This document shows, piece by piece, positions 1 through 11,389 of a stretch of DNA of 35,855 bases. The DNA is taken from assembly GCF_001194135.2 (NCBI RefSeq), contig NC_068985.1:71546555-71582409 (forward strand), written 5' to 3'. The DNA comes from Octopus bimaculoides (taxonomy: Eukaryota). The position numbers were made by a program, and so were the translations under genes. Under the pieces are notes generated by a model. That model was not told the DNA's origin, made no database searches, and worked only from the letters and a program-made list of their open reading frames with translations. Positions within the stretch are counted from its first letter, which is position 1. Every line of letters begins with the position of its first letter.

Positions 1-88
1 CGTGTCACCCGCACGAAAACGGCCACGCTCGAAATGGTGTCTTTTATGTGCCACCCGCACAAGCCAGTCCAGGGGCACTGGCAACGAT
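1..88 (-). mobile_element. Retroposon family E, 5' array-unit fragment
   Basis: Reverse complement cgttgccagtgcccctggactggcttgtgcgggtggcacataaaag matches 5850-5897. Confidence 0.6.
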
Positions 89-451
89 CTATGCATATAT
101 ATATATATATGCATATTGTGTGTGCAGTTAGTTGTGCAGCTGGTACTGGTGAGTTTATTGCTCCACATAAATCATCATCATCCATTCTACTTTCTGTATA
201 GTGTTGTGGTTAATGTACTTAGCAGTGTTACTGGTTATGGTTCACATTTGTAGGAGAAGTCGAAGAACAAACCTTTTCATCTCTGCTTGTATTACAGTTC
301 CCCTTTTAATAATGCAACACCAAGTAAAATAACAATGTTTTCAACCTGCTAGAAACAGCAGTAAAATCTTCTTCAAATCACATGCTACCATCATGTAGGG
401 TTAAACAACAATAACATGCAGATATCTACTTCTGTCAGATCTGAAGGTTGT

Positions 452-760
452 GCCTCATGGCTCAGTGGTTAGAGCGTTGGGTTTGCAATCATGAGGTAGT
501 TAGTTCACTTCTTGAACTGGGCTCTGTGTTGTTTTCTTGAGCAAGACACTTTATTTCACATTGCTCCAGTTCACTTAGCTGTAGAAATGAGTGTGACATC
601 ACTGGTGTGCCTTTCTCCTGGATAACATTGGTGATATGGAGAGGAGAGGCTGGTATGTATGGGTGACTGCTTGTCTTCCATAAACAGCTTTACCCAGAGT
701 TGTGACTCAGAGAGAAACTTTCTAGGTGCAATCCCATGGTCATTCATGACCAAAGTGGGT
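452..760 (+). mobile_element. tRNA-derived SINE family A, full length
   Basis: Head catggctcagtggttagagc (A box), body cttgagcaagacactttatttcac, tail ctttctaggtgcaatcccatggtcattcatgacc; shared with three other copies in the window. Confidence 0.85.
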
Positions 761-1220
761 TTTATCCTTTGGCTTCATGCAGAATATCATTGTGTCTATT
801 TAATGATAACAACAGTAATAAACTCTATCCACAAACAACAAAAAATCAAAAAAACAAATCATACTAGAATCCAAAGGAACCAGTGATGGCTGTATCAGAA
901 AAGTTATAAATTAATAAAATAAAATGTTATAAATGTAACTGTTTGTGTACCACAAGAAGACATGAATTTTAACAAATTAGATAACGTAATCCCCAGTCCA
1001 GTTCTGGTGAATAAATAACAGCAAATTCATTGCTTTATTCATAGTGTACTTAATCTGAGCTGAAATAGCACTGGGCACAAACAACATAAACATGGAAGAT
1101 CATATTGGACTACATAGGCCTAGGTACAGTGTGCCCACAAAATGATGGGACAATCATGGTTGAAATGCAGCTGATCTTACTTCAGCTTGATGAAGGTTCA
1201 TCTGGGATTAAATATCTACG

Positions 1221-1390
1221 CCATTAGGAAGGGCATCCAGCCATAAAAATTGTGTCAAAGCAGACAGTGAAGCCTGGTGCAGCCTTCCAGCTTACCAGCT
1301 CCTGTCAAGCTGTCCAACCCATGCCAGCATGGAAAACGGATGTTAGATGATGACGATCATATTGATGATGATAGTGATGATGGTGATGAT
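1221..1390 (+). mobile_element. Retroposon family E 3' part ((GAT)n-tailed, RTE-like tail)
   Basis: ttaggaagggcatccagcc...tccaacccatgccagcatggaaaacggatgttagatgatgac. Confidence 0.8.
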
Positions 1391-1700
1391 GGTACTGACT
1401 TCCGCTTTATTTTCATACTATGATGTTTGGGTATATAATGCTTATATCTCTTTCACTATGCAAGACACAGTTGCATCAGAGTTGAGTATAATCTGATGTA
1501 TGTATGTTAAACACAGTTTCCAGTCATCAATTTTAGTAGTTGGAGAAGAATCTGCCGAAGAGCAGAGTCTGTCAAGAAAACCAACTCAACCTAAACCTTA
1601 GATTTGGATATATATATAATCCTGTTCATTCCCATGTACACACCAACCCACAGACCCACATTTGTAGACATGCACACACACACATATGAATATGTGTGTA

Positions 1701-1748
<48 letters not shown>

Positions 1749-1806
1749 GATATATATGTATATATACATATCTTTATATAAACATATATATATATATATA
1801 TATATA

Positions 1807-2759
1807 NNNNNNNNNNNNNNNNNNNNNNNNNNNNNNNNNNNNNNNNNNNNNNNNNNNNNNNNNNNNNNNNNNNNNNNNNNNNNNNNNNNNNNNNNNNNNN
1901 NNNNNNNNNNNNNNNNNNNNNNNNNNNNNNNNNNNNNNNNNNNNNNNNNNNNNNNNNNNNNNNNNNNNNNNNNNNNNNNNNNNNNNNNNNNNNNNNNNNN
2001 NNNNNNNNNNNNNNNNNNNNNNNNNNNNNNNNNNNNNNNNNNNNNNNNNNNNNNNNNNNNNNNNNNNNNNNNNNNNNNNNNNNNNNNNNNNNNNNNNNNN
2101 NNNNNNNNNNNNNNNNNNNNNNNNNNNNNNNNNNNNNNNNNNNNNNNNNNNNNNNNNNNNNNNNNNNNNNNNNNNNNNNNNNNNNNNNNNNNNNNNNNNN
2201 NNNNNNNNNNNNNNNNNNNNNNNNNNNNNNNNNNNNNNNNNNNNNNNNNNNNNNNNNNNNNNNNNNNNNNNNNNNNNNNNNNNNNNNNNNNNNNNNNNNN
2301 NNNNNNNNNNNNNNNNNNNNNNNNNNNNNNNNNNNNNNNNNNNNNNNNNNNNNNNNNNNNNNNNNNNNNNNNNNNNNNNNNNNNNNNNNNNNNNNNNNNN
2401 NNNNNNNNNNNNNNNNNNNNNNNNNNNNNNNNNNNNNNNNNNNNNNNNNNNNNNNNNNNNNNNNNNNNNNNNNNNNNNNNNNNNNNNNNNNNNNNNNNNN
2501 NNNNNNNNNNNNNNNNNNNNNNNNNNNNNNNNNNNNNNNNNNNNNNNNNNNNNNNNNNNNNNNNNNNNNNNNNNNNNNNNNNNNNNNNNNNNNNNNNNNN
2601 NNNNNNNNNNNNNNNNNNNNNNNNNNNNNNNNNNNNNNNNNNNNNNNNNNNNNNNNNNNNNNNNNNNNNNNNNNNNNNNNNNNNNNNNNNNNNNNNNNNN
2701 NNNNNNNNNNNNNNNNNNNNNNNNNNNNNNNNNNNNNNNNNNNNNNNNNNNNNNNNNNN
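1807..2759. other. Assembly gap (N run). Others: 5205-5641, 10891-11168, 14318-14644, 15638-16126, 18239-18269, 21223-21244, 23385-23433, 31943-32224
   Basis: N characters; most gaps abut microsatellites. Confidence 0.99.
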
Positions 2760-2801
<42 letters not shown>

Positions 2802-3151
2802 ATATATATATATATATATTACCCATGCTACCATAGAAAGTGGCTGTTAAATGAACAATCTCACAGATGAACATGTATGTCACACATCTGTTATAAGATG
2901 TCTTTGCATGGTTCTGTGTCAGTAATTGTTCTACCATATGGAATGGAACTATATTGAGTGGAATGTGGAATTCCAACTAAGCATCACTAATTACCATGAC
3001 AATGTTCAAGTTACTATATATAAAGTAGTGTATATAGGCCAACTACAAGTAACATATTAGGGTTGGTTCTAGACTTTAAAAATACATCTCTTTTCAGTTT
3101 TGGAAGGAAATACATATTGATGATTGATGGCATATTTAGGTACAAGGACCT

Positions 3152-3159
<8 letters not shown>

Positions 3160-3242
<83 letters not shown>
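3160..3242. repeat. (GT)n microsatellite
   Basis: Pure GT run. Confidence 0.98.
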
Positions 3243-3245
<3 letters not shown>

Positions 3246-3246
3246 G

Positions 3247-3572
3247 CAGCCATGCCAGTGCCACATAAGCAGCCATACTGGAGCAACATAAAGAGGACCT
3301 GTGCTAATGCCATGTCAAAAGCCCTTGTGTCAATGCCACTTAATAGAACATCTGTGTCAGGGCAAAACAAAGGGCACCCATGCTAGTGCTACATAAGAGC
3401 CACCCAGTACTCTCTGTAAAGTGGTTGGCATTAGGAAGGGCATCCAGACATAGGAATTAGGTCAATACAAATGACTGGAGCCTAGCACAGTCTTCTAGCT
3501 TGTTAGTGCCTGTCAAACTGTCCAACCCATGCCAGCATGGAAAACGGACATTAAATGATTATGATGATGATA
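3247..3572 (+). mobile_element. Retroposon family E
   Basis: gtggttggcattaggaagggcatccag...tccaacccatgccagcatggaaaacggacattaaatgattatgatg. Confidence 0.8.
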
Positions 3573-3604
3573 TAGCTAGCTAGATAGAGGGAAACCCACT
3601 CTCA

Positions 3605-3695
3605 GCACTTTGATCAACCTGAAGCTACAGTGAAAGACACTTGCCCAATGTACCACATAGTGGGACTGAACCCAGAACTATGTAGTTGGGAAGCA
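3605..3695 (-). mobile_element. SINE family B 5' fragment
   Basis: gacacttgcccaatgtaccacatagtgggactgaacccagaactatgtagttgggaagc. Confidence 0.7.
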
Positions 3696-3869
3696 CATAC
3701 ATGCATACACGCACACATATACACACACAGATATTACAGGAAAGTTAGATCAGTGAAGTGAGTGATAGACATATCTATGAATGTGTGCATATACACATAC
3801 CCACACACATATATGTGCATTAAGTGTACATAGACACAAACTTACACATACAAACACAGTATTACTAAG

Positions 3870-4120
3870 AGTTGAGGATGATAGAGAAGCCTGACTCCTT
3901 ATAAGTACTTGAGAAGATAATCTTGAACAAGTGTTAAAGGATATTAGATTTGCTGAGGGCCTCCAGCAGCAACAAAAGGAAATGTTTTGGCAGTGGTGAG
4001 CGAATGGGGGGGGGGTAATTGGAGGTGTCTGGAATGTGGAAAGAGTAAACCCTAGTAAAAAGACATAACTTTCTTTGCCACAAGGGCACTTATTCACAAC
4101 ATGACAACACAACACCAACA
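3870..4120 (+). pseudogene. Possible decayed LTR-retrotransposon gag fragment with zinc-knuckle remnants
   Basis: DNLEQVLKDIRFAEGLQQQQKEM, then RCLECGKSK and ..CHK/GHLFTT* (frameshifted CxxCxxxGHxxxxC-like); multiple stops. Confidence 0.3.
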
Positions 4121-4422
4121 ACAAGTATAATGCCATCTCGACATATAACCAGGCATAATAAAACAGTGGAATTAAATAGTTCATCTGTTGGTCTCTTAAG
4201 AAATCCAGTTGTTTGATTCGATCAACAGAAATATCTACTAATTAATGAGCCAGTGTATGAGTGAGTGTGTGTGTGTCAGCTCTTATGTGTTTAACTTCAG
4301 GCATCAGATGATTTAGTAGTGAGATGGTATTTCTTAGCTTACTTCCTATTATTATGTGTATGTGCATCCATATGTTTGTGTATCATTCTCATTCTCTTCT
4401 CATTTCTGCTTCTGTTTGTCTA

Positions 4423-4720
4423 ACCATCCAAATGTGGCTGATGCCAGTGTCCCCTGACTAGCTCCCATGCCAGTGGCACGTAAAAAAACACTATCCAAAT
4501 GTGATCGATGCCAGGGCTGCCAACTGGCTCCAGTGCCGGTGGCATGTAAAAAGCACCCACTACACTCTTGGAGTGGTTGGCATTAGGAAGGGCATCCAGC
4601 TGTAAAAACATTGCCAGATTGGAGCCTGGTGCAGCCGCTGGCTTTCCAGACCTCAGTCAAACTGTCCAACCCATGCCAGCATGGAAAACGGATATTAAAC
4701 GATGATGATGATGATGATGA
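4423..4720 (+). mobile_element. Retroposon family E with two ~66-bp upstream units
   Basis: Two (acc/act)atccaaatgtg...ggca(c/t)gtaaaaa units, then the core and the ...catgccagcatggaaaacggatattaaac(gat)n tail. Confidence 0.85.
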
Positions 4721-5065
4721 ACACACACACATGCACACGCACACCCATGCATGCACGTCTATTGGTTTTACAGAATGGAAGTAAAAGGTACTCAGCACAG
4801 CAGTACAGTGTACTAATTTATTTTAGTCGATGCAGTAGCCCATTGCTCAAGAGCTAAATTTTTCAGACAGATAAATAAATGAGACTTTTTCTTGGAGATT
4901 GTCCTGCACGAGGAACAAACTACGCACCAAAAACAAAAAGAAAAAAAACTAGGATACTTACAAAATCACCTGAAATAAATTTTATAAACACACATATAAA
5001 TATAAATATGTGTATATAATGTGTATATGTAATATAACGTGTACCTATGTGCATATATGTGTGTA

Positions 5066-5109
<44 letters not shown>

Positions 5110-5641
5110 AGTATGTATGTATGTCTAAATATATATATATATATGTGTGTATTCATATATATATATATATGTTTGTGTATATCTATATGTATTTACGTGT
5201 GTATNNNNNNNNNNNNNNNNNNNNNNNNNNNNNNNNNNNNNNNNNNNNNNNNNNNNNNNNNNNNNNNNNNNNNNNNNNNNNNNNNNNNNNNNNNNNNNNN
5301 NNNNNNNNNNNNNNNNNNNNNNNNNNNNNNNNNNNNNNNNNNNNNNNNNNNNNNNNNNNNNNNNNNNNNNNNNNNNNNNNNNNNNNNNNNNNNNNNNNNN
5401 NNNNNNNNNNNNNNNNNNNNNNNNNNNNNNNNNNNNNNNNNNNNNNNNNNNNNNNNNNNNNNNNNNNNNNNNNNNNNNNNNNNNNNNNNNNNNNNNNNNN
5501 NNNNNNNNNNNNNNNNNNNNNNNNNNNNNNNNNNNNNNNNNNNNNNNNNNNNNNNNNNNNNNNNNNNNNNNNNNNNNNNNNNNNNNNNNNNNNNNNNNNN
5601 NNNNNNNNNNNNNNNNNNNNNNNNNNNNNNNNNNNNNNNNN

Positions 5642-5684
5642 TAGCATGGAAAGCGGACGTTAAACGATGATGATGATGATGATG

Positions 5685-5718
<34 letters not shown>

Positions 5719-5897
5719 ATATATATATATATATGCATGTATGTGTGTGCCGGCGGCACATAAAAAGCACCATTTGAGGGTGATCATTACCAGCGTCGCC
5801 TTACTGGCACTTGTACCGGTGGCACGTGAAAAAACATTCGAGCGAGGTCGTTGTCAGTGCCGCTGGACTGGCTCCTGTGCAGGTGGCATATAAAAGC
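5642..5897 (+). mobile_element. Family E pieces: tail (5642-5690) and upstream array units (5748-5897)
   Basis: agcatggaaagcggacgttaaac(gat)n; ggcggcacataaaaagcacc...ggtggcacgtgaaaaaac...ggtggcatataaaagc. Confidence 0.65.
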
Positions 5898-6245
5898 AAA
5901 GTATTTAATCACTGTGACTGCACCACAGCTGAGCAGGCAGGTGGTGCTATAACTTTGTGTATGTGAATTAAACAACTGGGAAGAATGCACCTCAAATATA
6001 CCACACAAAGTATATACTATATTCTATACTATATGTACTATAAGTTACCTCACGGAACATTTACATGGTTCAGGGAATAGTCATCTCATCAGCCACTGTT
6101 GAACTAAAGTTATTAATTTGTTTAGCACAGAATATATATACATATATAAATTATTGACATTATGTGTGATTGTTATAAGTTGAACAGGGACAGACGAAAA
6201 AATGAATCAACCATTAATTGAGTGACTGATTAATAAGCAATAATT

Positions 6246-6398
6246 TCTTTTGGCATAGGTGCAAGTCTTGAAACTTGAGGGACGTACATACTGAATATAT
6301 CATCACCACTATTTGGCTGGTACTTTATTTTATCAATCATGGAGAGATGATAGGTAAAGTTGACCTTGGTAGGATTTGAAGTAGGAATGTAAAGAGCT
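6246..6398 (-). mobile_element. tRNA-derived SINE family C fragment
   Basis: ctggtactttattttatc...gatgataggtaaagttgaccttggtaggatttgaa; shared with the other C copies. Confidence 0.65.
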
Positions 6399-6610
6399 TA
6401 TCATCATCATCATCATCGTTTAACATGTATGGGTAGGACGGATGACAGGAGCTAGCCAGGTAGAAGACTACCCCAAGCTACGGTGTCTGTTTTGGCAGTG
6501 ATTTTTATGACTGAATGCCCTTCCTAACACCAACCACTCAGCAGAGTGGTCCGAGTGCTTTTTATGTGGTGCCAGCACATGCGGGGTCAGTTTTGGCATG
6601 ATTTTTATGC
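6399..6610 (-). mobile_element. Retroposon family E
   Basis: (atc)n gtttaac...atgcccttcctaacaccaaccactc...gtgctttttatgtg. Confidence 0.75.
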
Positions 6611-7398
6611 TAATGAGAAATAACCCCTCAAAAAGGTAGTAAAGAATACCTACAGTGTGCTCTACTTGGAGAATATAAGTCGGAATGCTTATATTCTAGG
6701 AGTTATATAATAGATATATGATGGATAAATGCACATTAATCTGGCAGTACAATTTTAGTTCATCTAAGTGCAGTATCTAATCATTGGGAATACGCAATGA
6801 CTGAACAGGCTTTTGGGGATATAACTATGAAGTAAACAAAGAGAGAAAATAAATCTAACATATACAATATAAAGTAAAAGAAAATATGGAATTCTTTTAA
6901 AAGCAAATGAAGCAGTGGTGATCAGAATAATGATGTGTACATTTATATTTCATACGCTCCATTTCAGTCATTCATAGCCTGGTCGGAACTCCTGTTCTTA
7001 TATGTAAACAACAAAAAATATATTTGCTGATATGTGTTGTAGCTTTGTCAAATAGTAATTAATTTATTAAGAGCACATGAAACAGCAGCAATCAAAATAA
7101 CGACTTGTATGCTTCATGCACCTTTTAGAAGATGACTTAATAGACTTAGATATAACCAGAGTGATAAAATAATATAAAACAAAATATAATGCAAATGGAA
7201 TAACTAAAGATCAGTTAAGAAATATACTCTTATTACTCTCAGTCTTTTGGCTACAGCCATACTAAGGCTTTAGTCAATCATGTCACCCCCACCCATACAT
7301 ATTTGTCAGGTAAATATTTTATCAATCTACAGTTATCAAATCAATAATTTGCATTCTTTGACACAAAACTTAGTTACATAAAAACAAGCAAAGCCTGT

Positions 7399-7431
<33 letters not shown>

Positions 7432-7449
7432 TGATGAGGATATGTGACC

Positions 7450-7597
7450 AGTTTCCATGTTGTTTTCTTCAATTAAATTTCAGTCACAATATATAGGTCA
7501 TCCTATATTATAACGGAAGACACCAAAGTGCTCCACAGTGAGATAAAACTCAGAATCATGTGGTTGTGAAGTGAACTTTTTAGTCATACAACTGTGT
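7450..7597 (-). mobile_element. SINE family B fragment, degenerate
   Basis: ...gaagacaccaaagtgctccacagtgagataaaactcagaatcatgtggttgtgaagtgaac. Confidence 0.55.
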
Positions 7598-7633
7598 CTT
7601 TCTTTGCTCATAGCAAAATATAACATGATAATA

Positions 7634-8012
7634 ATCATCCTCATCATTTAGCATCCGGTGTCCATGCTGGCATGGGTTGCATGGTTTGACCAGGGCTAGC
7701 AAGCTGGAAAGCTGTACCAGACTCTAGTCTGGTTTGGCATGGTTTCTATGGCTGGATGCCCTTCCTAACACCAACCACTCTGAAAGGGTAATGGGTGCCA
7801 CGACTACAAATTCACTTGGTTTGATGTGTCTTCTTCTCAAGCATTGCATCATGCCAAAGGTCTGTCATTTGTCATTGCTTCCTTCAGGCCCAACACTCAA
7901 AAGGTGCTTTTTACGTGCCACTGGCATTATCCACCTTGCATCCATGAGGCCCAATGCTCAAAAGATGCTTTTTACATTCAACCAGCATAAGTGACAGTTA
8001 CGTGACACCAGC

Positions 8013-8013
<1 letters not shown>
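7634..8013 (-). mobile_element. Retroposon family E with upstream units
   Basis: ccatgctggcatgggttg...ggctggatgcccttcctaacaccaaccac; two ggcccaa..ctcaaaag.tgctttttac units. Confidence 0.8.
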
Positions 8014-8076
<63 letters not shown>

Positions 8077-8102
8077 TAATGATAATAATAATAATGATAA
8101 TA
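8014..8102. repeat. (AAT)n microsatellite between a family E copy and a family C copy
   Basis: Near-pure AAT run. Confidence 0.97.
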
Positions 8103-8296
8103 ATGGTTTCAAATTTTGGCACAAGGCCAGCAACTTTGGGGTAGGGGTAACTTGATTATATAGACCCCAGTGCTCAAATGGTACTTAGTTTATCAACCCC
8201 CAAAAAGGATGAAAGACAAAGTTGACCTCAGCAGAATCAGAACTTATGTAAAGACGGGCTAAATGCTACTAAGCATTTTGCCCAGGTGCTAACAAC
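8103..8296 (-). mobile_element. tRNA-derived SINE family C
   Basis: gaccccagtgctcaaatggtacttagtttatcaacccccaaaaaggatgaaagacaaagttgacctc...ctaagcattttgccc; adjacent (AAT)n tail at 8014-8102. Confidence 0.8.
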
Positions 8297-8372
8297 AGTA
8301 ATAATAACACGTATATATATATATATATAATGTATATACGTGAGTATATAGCTACATCTATATAGATATATC

Positions 8373-8465
<93 letters not shown>

Positions 8466-8654
8466 TTTATCATTATTATTAAAGCTGCAAAAATATCACA
8501 ATAAGCTGCTACTCAGAGTTTCATGTTCCTGTGAAGAGTCTAAAACATATTACTCTACCTCCAGTATCCGAGTACTATTTTTCCCCACATTGTTTCACAT
8601 TTATGTGCTTATTTTGGTATACATACATACATACATACATACAAACATGCTGAG

Positions 8655-8984
8655 ACTCCCTTCGATCATGACTGACCATGGGATTGCACCTAGAAAGTTA
8701 CCCTCTGAGGCACAAGTCCGGGCAAGGTTGTTTATGCAAGACCAGCAGTCGCCTATTGATACCGGTCTCCCCTCTCCACACCATTAGTGTTGTCCAAGGG
8801 AAAGGCAAAGGGCGATACAGCTTGGCACCTGTGACGTCACAACTCATAGTCTGCAGCTGAGTGAACTGGAGCAATGTGAAATAAAGTGTCTTGCTTCAAG
8901 AACACAACACGCAGCCTGGTCCGGGATTCGAACTCACAACCTCGCGATCATAAGCTCGACACTCTAACCACTGAGTCATGCGCC
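8655..8984 (-). mobile_element. tRNA-derived SINE family A, youngest-looking copy
   Basis: Reverse complement reads GGCGCATGACTCAGTGGTTAGAG (A box)...GTTCGAATCCCGG (B box). CpGs are retained. Same body and tail as the other A copies. Confidence 0.9.
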
Positions 8985-9002
8985 TTCACTATACATACAT
9001 AT

Positions 9003-9064
<62 letters not shown>

Positions 9065-9069
9065 GTTTG

Positions 9070-9126
<57 letters not shown>

Positions 9127-9173
9127 ATATATATGTGTATGTATGTATGTATGTATATATATATATGTGTATG

Positions 9174-9206
<33 letters not shown>

Positions 9207-9207
9207 G
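8985..9207. repeat. Compound (TA)n/(TATG)n microsatellite
   Basis: Direct reading; one of dozens of similar tracts in the window. Confidence 0.97.
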
Positions 9208-9742
9208 CTAGCTGACCTCATAGATATTCCACACAGTTTAATTAGAGACAACCAGAAAATACTAGAGATCAATAGACCACTTTAAATGTTTTATTTATAA
9301 GTTATGTACACACAAATAATATATATAGTACCTAATTACATTCAGGCAACATAACAAAATAAATCAAGTTTATTGAACATTTGACTGAAATTATCAAAAT
9401 GGAATATTTTACTCATAACTTAAGGACAAACAATATTTTTCATTAAAATAACACTTTTAGTTTCCACATATGTGAAATCTAATGGCACATGCACTTATGC
9501 ACTTACCCTAATTTCACACACACACACACAGCTAATTGTTATGTGCATGTTTGTGAATGTGTGCATCAACAGCATTTGTATGCGTGTGAATATATGTGTG
9601 TTAATAGCTGTAGCAGTCATAAGAACCACACCCTCCCTCTTCCTTCATTGCACACACACACTTTTACCATTCTCTTTCCACTGTGTGACAGATTTTTTAC
9701 ACCGCAGGAATTTACCGTTAGCACTTTCATATAATAGATACA

Positions 9743-9773
<31 letters not shown>

Positions 9774-10215
9774 TTTTGGTGTGTTATTTTCTTGGACATA
9801 ATTATGGTTCTCACTCACACACATATACATAAATATATTCAATGTGATGTTTCCATCTTCAACAGATTGAAAAAGGAAGTTATATGAAATATAAGTGCTT
9901 ATATAACCCTGTCCCCCATAAAAGGAAAACAATGTTATTTCATAAACAAAGCCAAAATTTTTATACTTTGACAACCATCATTATAGGTCAAAACCTTACA
10001 ACACAGTGCTCTACATATTCCAGGTTATATATTTAAAGTATAGAATTGGAGTGATATTATAACTACTCTCAGTTCTTTGGAATAATATTCTGAAGATTCA
10101 AGAGAAGAAACTGCATTAAAATAAGTGATTTTGATCTTTGTCAGTTTTATTCATTATTTCTTTTATCATCCTACTGTTAGTATTGAGTGTGCTGTAACCA
10201 TTGTTTTGTTTGTGC

Positions 10216-10268
<53 letters not shown>

Positions 10269-11389
10269 TATGTGTGTGTGTGTTTGTTGTGTGCATGCAT
10301 ATCAGAATCTTAGAAGGAACATTAAAGTTTTTTTTAAATATACAAAAGATCCAGTAGGAGGCGGGGATTTTGCTCTGATGTATTTTAATTTTTTTTTTTT
10401 AGCAACAGTGAAGGGGGGCTCTGGTATTGGTGGTGCTTTTGGCAGTAGTGTTGGATGTGGTGAAGTCTGTGGTAGTGGTAGTGGTAGTGGTAGTGGTGGA
10501 GGTTTTTAGCATTGCTGCTGCTACTAGTGGTGGTGGTGGTGGTGGTGGTGGTGATGGTGGCGTGGGGTATTTAAATCAAAGTTAAAATGGAATGATAAAG
10601 TCTGACAAACATCAAGGAATGTTGATTCCTACACAGTAAAACATGTGATGGAATCTATTGGGAGTGGGGGCTGTGTCAGTATCATAGAGGTTTAGGGCTG
10701 TAAGAGCTTAAAAATGAAGAAACGTAAGCATGCATACACATGTGAGTACATGTGCATCATATCCATTCAAAATGTATCTCTATGCATGTATATATACATA
10801 TATATAGTCACACACATACATATAAGCATACATCATAACAGATATATGCATACATACATACATATATATAGTCACACACATACATATAAGNNNNNNNNNN
10901 NNNNNNNNNNNNNNNNNNNNNNNNNNNNNNNNNNNNNNNNNNNNNNNNNNNNNNNNNNNNNNNNNNNNNNNNNNNNNNNNNNNNNNNNNNNNNNNNNNNN
11001 NNNNNNNNNNNNNNNNNNNNNNNNNNNNNNNNNNNNNNNNNNNNNNNNNNNNNNNNNNNNNNNNNNNNNNNNNNNNNNNNNNNNNNNNNNNNNNNNNNNN
11101 NNNNNNNNNNNNNNNNNNNNNNNNNNNNNNNNNNNNNNNNNNNNNNNNNNNNNNNNNNNNNNNNNNNNGAAACAAAATAATAAGAAAACAAAGAATTTCT
11201 TTGGTTTTGATTTTGTAATTGCTGTTGTTGATGGTAGAGGTGGTGGTGGTGGTGGTGGTGGTGGCGGTGATGGTGGTGGTGTGTAGCACTTGACAATAAA
11301 GGTGCTGGTGACGGTGGTTCTTGACGTGATTGCTGTCCGCTATCATAGTAATTTGTCTGGAAGATGACAATTGTCGTTGTTCTTGTTCA

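Noticed and set aside
1604-2976. Long 400-aa ORFs (and similar ones at 5.0-5.8, 10.7-11.4, 14.3-14.8, 15.5-16.3 and 31.8-32.3 kb)
   Set aside because: They are open only because they run through N gaps and (TA)n/(CA)n tracts; YIYI, HTHT and CVCV translations are microsatellite artefacts.
6759-6831. Possible 73-nt plus-strand exon (HLSAVSNHWEYAMTEQAFGDITM)
   Set aside because: Weak polypyrimidine tract and donor, unrecognised peptide; within chance expectation.
8900-8984. tRNA-like sequence with A and B boxes (also heads at 452, 11751, 16861)
   Set aside because: These continue directly into a shared SINE body and lack a complete cloverleaf 3' end; they are SINE heads, not tRNA genes.
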